Assembly: GCA_016202335.1 (NCBI GenBank)
Contig: JACQOX010000184.1
Span: forward strand, 1-32,639
Source of the DNA: Deltaproteobacteria bacterium
GTDB lineage: Bacteria > UBA10199 > 2-02-FULL-44-16
Length of the DNA: 32,639 bases
Direction of reading: 5' to 3'
Position 1 is the first letter of the stretch. The number at the start of each line of letters is the position of its first letter. The notes beneath the pieces were generated by a model that was not told where the DNA came from, searched no databases, and was given only the letters and a program-made list of their open reading frames with translations. Made by a program: the position numbers and the translations under genes. Below, piece by piece: positions 27,825-32,639 of this stretch.

Positions 27825-29205
27825 TGGACGCCTTCGCCGCAGCCATTGCCAAATCTTTCCCCACACTCCAGGCTGCGCCGGGAAAGCGATGACAGGCGGT
27901 CATCACCTGTTCAAATGCGGAGAGAAATCGGTCGGCGTGACTAGCATTAATAATTAACGGCGGCAGCAGTTTGACGATATCCACGTGATGGCCGGCCACT
28001 TGCGTTAAGATGCGGTGATCGCGCATGAGCGGCACCACCACCATTTGGCCGAACAGCCCATGGTTCACCGCATGAATCAGCTTCCAACCGGCCTTGAGCG
28101 AAATGGATTTCGGCTCGCCAAATTCAATGGCGATCATGAGGCCAAGCCCCCTCGCCTCGCGGAGCATTTCAAACCGCGGCTTCATGGCGTTCACGCCATC
28201 GACAATCTTCTTCCCCATAACGGCCGCATTCTCGATGAGCCCCTCGTCTTCGATCACTTTCAGCGACGCCAACCCCGCCACCATGGCCAAGGCATTGCGA
28301 CCAAAGGTATTGGAGTGAACCACGCATTCTTCCATGCTGCGGAAGACTTTAGAGTAGATGTCCTTCGTATAACAAATCGCGCCCACCGGGATAAAACCAC
28401 CTGACAAGGCCTTTGCCACGGTCACGATATCGGGCGTGATTCCAAAATGCTGATGTGCGAACCACTTTCCCGTGCGGCCCATGCCCGACTGGACTTCATC
28501 CACGATGAGCAGTGTTCCCGCGTTGCGACACAGCGCTTCTGCTTCTTTATAATAAGCAGCGTCCGCGATGTAGACGCCCTTGCCCTGCACCGGTTCGAGG
28601 ATCAGCGCGGCGACGTCATTTTTGGCGAGTTCCTTCCGGAGCGTATCCAAACATCCCATCGGAATCGACATGCAGCCGGGCAGCAGGTCGCCAAAGTCTT
28701 TGCGAAATTCAGTGTTCCCGTTCACCGCCAGCGAGCCGGTGGAGAGGCCGTGGAACGCGTGATCGAAAAACAAAATACGCGGACGACCCGTGGCCTTGCG
28801 CGCGAACTTGAGCGCGCCTTCATTCGCCTCTGTTCCAGAATTCGTAAAGAAAACAGTGTTGACGCGGCCGCCAACTTTCGCCAGAAGCTCCTTCGCGAGA
28901 ATGCCTGCCAGCAAAGGGGCATCCATCTGGATCATGTTGGGGAGTTCGGCGTCGATGGCGGATTTAAGGGCACTGCGGATCTTCGGATGGTTGCGCCCCA
29001 TATTGAACACACCATAGCCCGAAAGAAAATCCAGGTAATCGAGCCCGGCCTGATCGTACAGGAACGGGCCTTCGGCGCGGACGTACGTTTTGTCGTAGCC
29101 GATGGTCCGCAGGACTTTGACGAGCTGGGGATTGACGTATTCGGCAAAGAGATCGTGTTGAATGGGCCGGTATTCGGCGAGCAGGGCTTCAAGGTTGAGT
29201 GGCAT
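27772..29205 (-). CDS. hpnO: Class III PLP aminotransferase, HpnO-like (aminobacteriohopanetriol synthase)
   Basis: DFLSGYGVFNMGRNHP, DEVQSGMGRTG, AKALSGG and the HpnO-type C-terminus GLFGQMVVVPLMRDHRILTQVAGH. Confidence 0.75.
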   Translation of the reverse strand: MPLNLEALLAEYRPIQHDLFAEYVNPQLVKVLRTIGYDKTYVRAEGPFLYDQAGLDYLDFLSGYGVFNMGRNHPKIRSALKSAIDAELPNMIQMDAPLLAGILAKELLAKVGGRVNTVFFTNSGTEANEGALKFARKATGRPRILFFDHAFHGLSTGSLAVNGNTEFRKDFGDLLPGCMSIPMGCLDTLRKELAKNDVAALILEPVQGKGVYIADAAYYKEAEALCRNAGTLLIVDEVQSGMGRTGKWFAHQHFGITPDIVTVAKALSGGFIPVGAICYTKDIYSKVFRSMEECVVHSNTFGRNALAMVAGLASLKVIEDEGLIENAAVMGKKIVDGVNAMKPRFEMLREARGLGLMIAIEFGEPKSISLKAGWKLIHAVNHGLFGQMVVVPLMRDHRILTQVAGHHVDIVKLLPPLIINASHADRFLSAFEQVMTACHRFPGAAWSVGKDLAMAAAKASTKNSKLPSPPPHHLPEL

Positions 29206-29257
29206 AGGAGCGAATCGCTAGCATGGAGTGCTTAGGGCGACAACTTTTTTCATTTTA

Positions 29258-29314
29258 CCGCTCATCCTGAGTTTTCGACGATCCGCTCATCCTGAGCCCG
29301 TCGAAGGATGAGCG
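29258..29314. repeat. REP-like repeats upstream of the GIY-YIG gene
   Basis: ccgctcatcctgag (29258) and the full hairpin ccgctcatcctgagcccgtcgaaggatgagcg (29283-29314). Confidence 0.85.
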
Positions 29315-29320
29315 AAAACT

Positions 29321-29626
29321 ATGGCTTTCTGGGTATACATTCTAAAGTGCAATGACGATTCCTACTATACCGGCCATACTGATGATCTTGAAAAAAGAAT
29401 GTTTGAACATCATTCAGGAGCCATTGAAGGTTATACAAAAAATCGTCGCCCATTAAGGTTGATTTTTTGTGAGCAATTCTCTTCTCGAGAAGATGCGTTT
29501 CAACGAGAACGACAAATCAAAGGATGGAGCAGACTAAAAAAAGAAGCGTTAATAAAAGAAGATTGGGAATTGCTGTCTTTTTTGTCCCGAAAGAAATCGG
29601 CTCATCCTTCGACGAGCTCAGGATGA
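29321..29626 (+). CDS. GIY-YIG nuclease (UPF0213/YhbQ-like)
   Basis: WVYIL.C.D.SYYTGHT.DL.KR...H, YT..RRP, A..RE.QIKGWSR.KK.ALI. Confidence 0.93.
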   Translation: MAFWVYILKCNDDSYYTGHTDDLEKRMFEHHSGAIEGYTKNRRPLRLIFCEQFSSREDAFQRERQIKGWSRLKKEALIKEDWELLSFLSRKKSAHPSTSSG

Positions 29627-29682
29627 GCGGATGTCACGGGGTTCAGGATGAGCGGTTTGTTTGATAGATTCAGGATGAGTGG
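29600..29682. repeat. REP-like repeats downstream of the GIY-YIG gene (inverted copies)
   Basis: gctcatccttcgacgagctcaggatgagcgg (29600-29630), tcaggatgagcgg (29643) and tcaggatgagtgg (29670). Confidence 0.85.
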
Positions 29683-29828
29683 AACTATTGAAGAAAGGGA
29701 AGAATTTTTTAGGCCTTTTGAAAAATCGATGGTTATTTTTCCATCGTCAAAATCTTTATCAAAATCAGGTGGTTGGCGCTTTTTCGATTTCATAGGAAAG
29801 ACCATAGTCAAAAAAGAGAAAAATACAC

Positions 29829-29854
29829 GCAACTTTTTTGGAATGCGGTCGAAG
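29829..29854 (+). promoter_or_regulatory. Sigma28-like promoter motif, copy 2
   Basis: GCAACTTT-tttggaatgcg-GTCGAAG. Confidence 0.6.
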
Positions 29855-29872
29855 ATAGAGATAGAGGCATAC

Positions 29873-31414
29873 GTGAATTTATCACCATTATCATTTCGCA
29901 TGGGACCCATAGGGACAAACGCTCCTGTGCAAACCACTGTTCTCGCTTCGGTTGCCGGCATTCCCGGCGATGCCTTTGCGATCGCGCCCCACCGCGCTTT
30001 TCCTGGGATGACGGGGCTTCATCACCATCTGTTTGCCCACAGTGGGCCGACAGGAGGCGCTACGCCACCTGCGAGTCCGTTGCTAGCCGGTGCTCTAGAA
30101 AAGAAACATGGCTTTAGCACAATCCTCGAAGACCCACGTTATGGTGTCATTTCCACTGATGCCCATGGATTGTATGGCCCGTCCTACAGCTTTACCCATC
30201 CTGGCGGAAAGAGTAATGGCGTAAATGAGGATACGGTGGTTCAAGGAGAGCACGGTGCCGCTGTGCTCGACGGCGTCAGCACCGCAGCTGGAGCTATTGC
30301 CAGCGAAATTGCCGCAGAACACATATTTGACGATTTGATGAATTCAAATCCTGATCTCAACGCAGCTTTTCTCAAAGCCCATGCCGAAATAAATGCGAGG
30401 GCACCGGGATCATCGACCGTAGCGGTTGCTTATACCATTGTCGGAGACACAGACGGCAAAGAACATGTCCATGTTTTTCATGCGGGCGATGCGTTTGCGG
30501 TGCTCTTCGATAAAGAAGGAAATAAAAAACAGAGAACGGAGTATCACAACCTAGCTGCTGCACAGGCAGCTATGGCGGGCCTTCAGCTAAGCACGCAACA
30601 GCTAGCAGCAGCGCCTGGCGCAAATGTGGTGCTCTCGACTTTAGGAGGAGCATATGATCCAGAAATTACAGAAGATATTTGGGTCATTGAAGAAGGCGAT
30701 CGTTTGCTCCTCTCGTCCGACGGTCTGGAAAAGTTTCATTCAGAGTATGAAGCAGATAATATCAACATTAGCTTGGGAGAAATCCTCGCGCAGGCCGATA
30801 CTCCGGAAGCGGCTGTTGGGTATCTTGCCGACGAAGCCATGAAACGCATTAACGATGGAACGGGCAAGCCAGACAATTTAGGCTTTCATGTCTATTTTCA
30901 TAAACGCCCAGCGCTGGCTGCCATAGAGGAAGTTCGTGCTGCACTTGAACGTGAATTGAGCGGCATCAGAGCCGAAGCAAAAACAAAATACCCTCCATCT
31001 CGGCTGAGCAGGCTTGCAGAATGGGTCGACTCGACCCAACTCCTCCGGCGCAAGGCTGTGTGGGCAGCGGCAGCTGCTGTTGGAGGGGCTTCGTTTGCGT
31101 TGAGTGCTTCTCTCGCTCAGCAAGGGATCTGGGTTGATGATGATCTCTTTTTGCCGCTCAACCCCTTTGTCGTCATTGCTCCTTCATTTGGATTCACTGC
31201 TTCTGCGGCAATTTCCGCGGCGCTTTACCTGATTGGCAGAAGGCAGGCGAATAAACGTGGCAAGAAAGAGACTGCGTTCTTCCAACGCAGAGACGTCGGA
31301 CCTCTGAAGAGCGCATTGGTTGAAATCTCGCTTATGCCCTCATCCTTTATTGAGGGTCAAATCTCGGCAGATGAGGTGAAGCAGAAGTTGGCAGAGTACG
31401 AAAAGCTTATTTAG
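29873..31414 (+). CDS. PP2C/PPM-family Ser/Thr phosphatase with C-terminal hydrophobic helices
   Basis: NED, AVLDGVS, HAGDA, LLLSSDGL and DNL motifs; two hydrophobic segments near the C-terminus. Start placed at GTG 29873 after a GAGG RBS (alternative ATG 29900). Confidence 0.8.
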   Translation: MNLSPLSFRMGPIGTNAPVQTTVLASVAGIPGDAFAIAPHRAFPGMTGLHHHLFAHSGPTGGATPPASPLLAGALEKKHGFSTILEDPRYGVISTDAHGLYGPSYSFTHPGGKSNGVNEDTVVQGEHGAAVLDGVSTAAGAIASEIAAEHIFDDLMNSNPDLNAAFLKAHAEINARAPGSSTVAVAYTIVGDTDGKEHVHVFHAGDAFAVLFDKEGNKKQRTEYHNLAAAQAAMAGLQLSTQQLAAAPGANVVLSTLGGAYDPEITEDIWVIEEGDRLLLSSDGLEKFHSEYEADNINISLGEILAQADTPEAAVGYLADEAMKRINDGTGKPDNLGFHVYFHKRPALAAIEEVRAALERELSGIRAEAKTKYPPSRLSRLAEWVDSTQLLRRKAVWAAAAAVGGASFALSASLAQQGIWVDDDLFLPLNPFVVIAPSFGFTASAAISAALYLIGRRQANKRGKKETAFFQRRDVGPLKSALVEISLMPSSFIEGQISADEVKQKLAEYEKLI

Positions 31415-31426
31415 ACAGAATAACAC

Positions 31427-31452
31427 GCAACTTTTTTGAGCGGCAGTCGAAG
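31427..31452 (+). promoter_or_regulatory. Sigma28-like promoter motif, copy 3
   Basis: GCAACTTT-tttgagcggca-GTCGAAG. Confidence 0.6.
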
Positions 31453-31492
31453 ATATAAACAGAGGAAGCATCATTTTCAATGGAGTTCACTT

Positions 31493-32599
31493 ATGAGCAA
31501 CTGCAAAGTCACTTCTCACAGTGCGTGTATCCAGGGTTCTGTAACAGAAGCTTTTTTTAAAGCGGTCATGGATATTTGGGATGGTGGCAGCTGGAAGACT
31601 CGAGAGTTTACAGTAACGAAGAGAAACCCTGAATATGGCCCCTGGTCTGGGATCTTTGGTCGATCCCCTGTAATCGATGAATCACGTCTTGACAACTATA
31701 GCTACGACCCTCCGCAAAATTATGAAGAGATTTGCGTGGAAGAGTTTGTTTGCCCGCAATTTAGCACTCCCTTAATATTAACAAATAATTCTGCCAGGGC
31801 AGCGCTTGCCGCCTCCCAGAACGCAGTTGTAGAGACTTTTAATAATGCGCATGTTGAAAACTGGGATCCAGAAGTTCGCAACCTCTTTGGGGCCATCTCT
31901 GAGTTTTCGTCCATTGAATTCATTCGCGCTGCTCCACTTGCATCCACAAATTTTCTTCTGAATGGGGTTCGGGGGAGCGTTGAGCATTATTTCGAAGCGG
32001 TAAGTAAATATTTTACAGCTCGATACGCGCAGCCTCTGTGCGAACGAGATTCAATGGACACGCTCCTCAGAGGGTTGGCCCCAGATGACGTGGTGCTGGG
32101 AGACCATTATGGAACAGATAGGAAGAAGTACAACGATGCAATGGCGCGGTCAGAAATAGATGAGCATGCACTTATAGAAGCTACCACGTATTTTGCCACG
32201 CGCGACCAAAATTTAGCACACGCCCTCATGGCGGCTTGGTACTTCCGCGGCGGCAATATAACTGCGGCGAAGGCGGAAACCGATCAGATTTGCTTTCCCA
32301 AAACGGATCTTTCTACCAGCCGTGACCGTATCATTGCCAAGGTGCTTTCGGATGTGAATCGCGCTGCTGCAGCTCCCACAGGCGAAGAAGACAAAGCCCC
32401 AACCGGCGCTACCGAAACACCCCCGACCAGAAAGCCTTCTAAGAAAACGAGACCTGCTGAGCCTGCAGACGACTCTGCTAAAAGGGCTCGTGAGGCCGAA
32501 AAACGCCGCAAAGCCGAAGAAGCGGATAAAAAGCGCCGCGAGGCAGAAGACGCTGCTAAACCGGGTAAACGAGGACGGCCAAGAGACGAAGGATTTTAA
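31493..32599 (+). CDS. Hypothetical protein with a Pro/Lys/Arg/Glu-rich C-terminal tail
   Basis: ggag RBS before ATG 31493; 368-aa ORF with a low-complexity charged tail. Confidence 0.7.
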   Translation: MSNCKVTSHSACIQGSVTEAFFKAVMDIWDGGSWKTREFTVTKRNPEYGPWSGIFGRSPVIDESRLDNYSYDPPQNYEEICVEEFVCPQFSTPLILTNNSARAALAASQNAVVETFNNAHVENWDPEVRNLFGAISEFSSIEFIRAAPLASTNFLLNGVRGSVEHYFEAVSKYFTARYAQPLCERDSMDTLLRGLAPDDVVLGDHYGTDRKKYNDAMARSEIDEHALIEATTYFATRDQNLAHALMAAWYFRGGNITAAKAETDQICFPKTDLSTSRDRIIAKVLSDVNRAAAAPTGEEDKAPTGATETPPTRKPSKKTRPAEPADDSAKRAREAEKRRKAEEADKKRREAEDAAKPGKRGRPRDEGF

Positions 32600-32639
32600 A
32601 ATACCGAAATAATTGGCTTCAGAGCAACTTTTTCTGAAG

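Noticed and set aside
29258-29682. Short repeats with spacers as a CRISPR array
   Set aside because: Copies are inverted about a gene, unequal in length and irregularly spaced, and there are no cas genes.
29648-29872. N-terminal extension of the 588-aa ORF
   Set aside because: Starts inside REP repeats and runs through the predicted promoter.

Overview
Gene-dense bacterial chromosomal window. Gene content suggests a deltaproteobacterium-like lineage, but this is inference only. Core genes: a GldA/F/G-type ABC operon, a P-loop kinase/dCMP deaminase fusion with queF, ridA, an M29 aminopeptidase, FKBP, namZ, cdd, a LonC-like protease, an Rsm22-like methyltransferase, gap-pgk-tpiA-secG-tRNA-Leu(GAG), mnmE-mnmG, a deoxyhypusine synthase-like gene and an hpnO-like aminotransferase. 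Orphan genes and several unrelated palindromic REP/MITE-like repeats lie between them, including a GIY-YIG nuclease bracketed by inverted REP copies. Two signals stand out. (1) A 25-aa WNWW leader peptide with an overlapping hairpin and a strong terminator, the layout of a Trp attenuator, sits in front of three tandem, divergent paralogous small genes of unknown function rather than trp genes. (2) A recurring sigma28-like promoter, GCAACTTT-N11-G(C/T)CGA(T/A), precedes effector-like orphans: an EF-hand plus papain-like protein, a membrane-anchored PP2C and an orphan with a charged tail.
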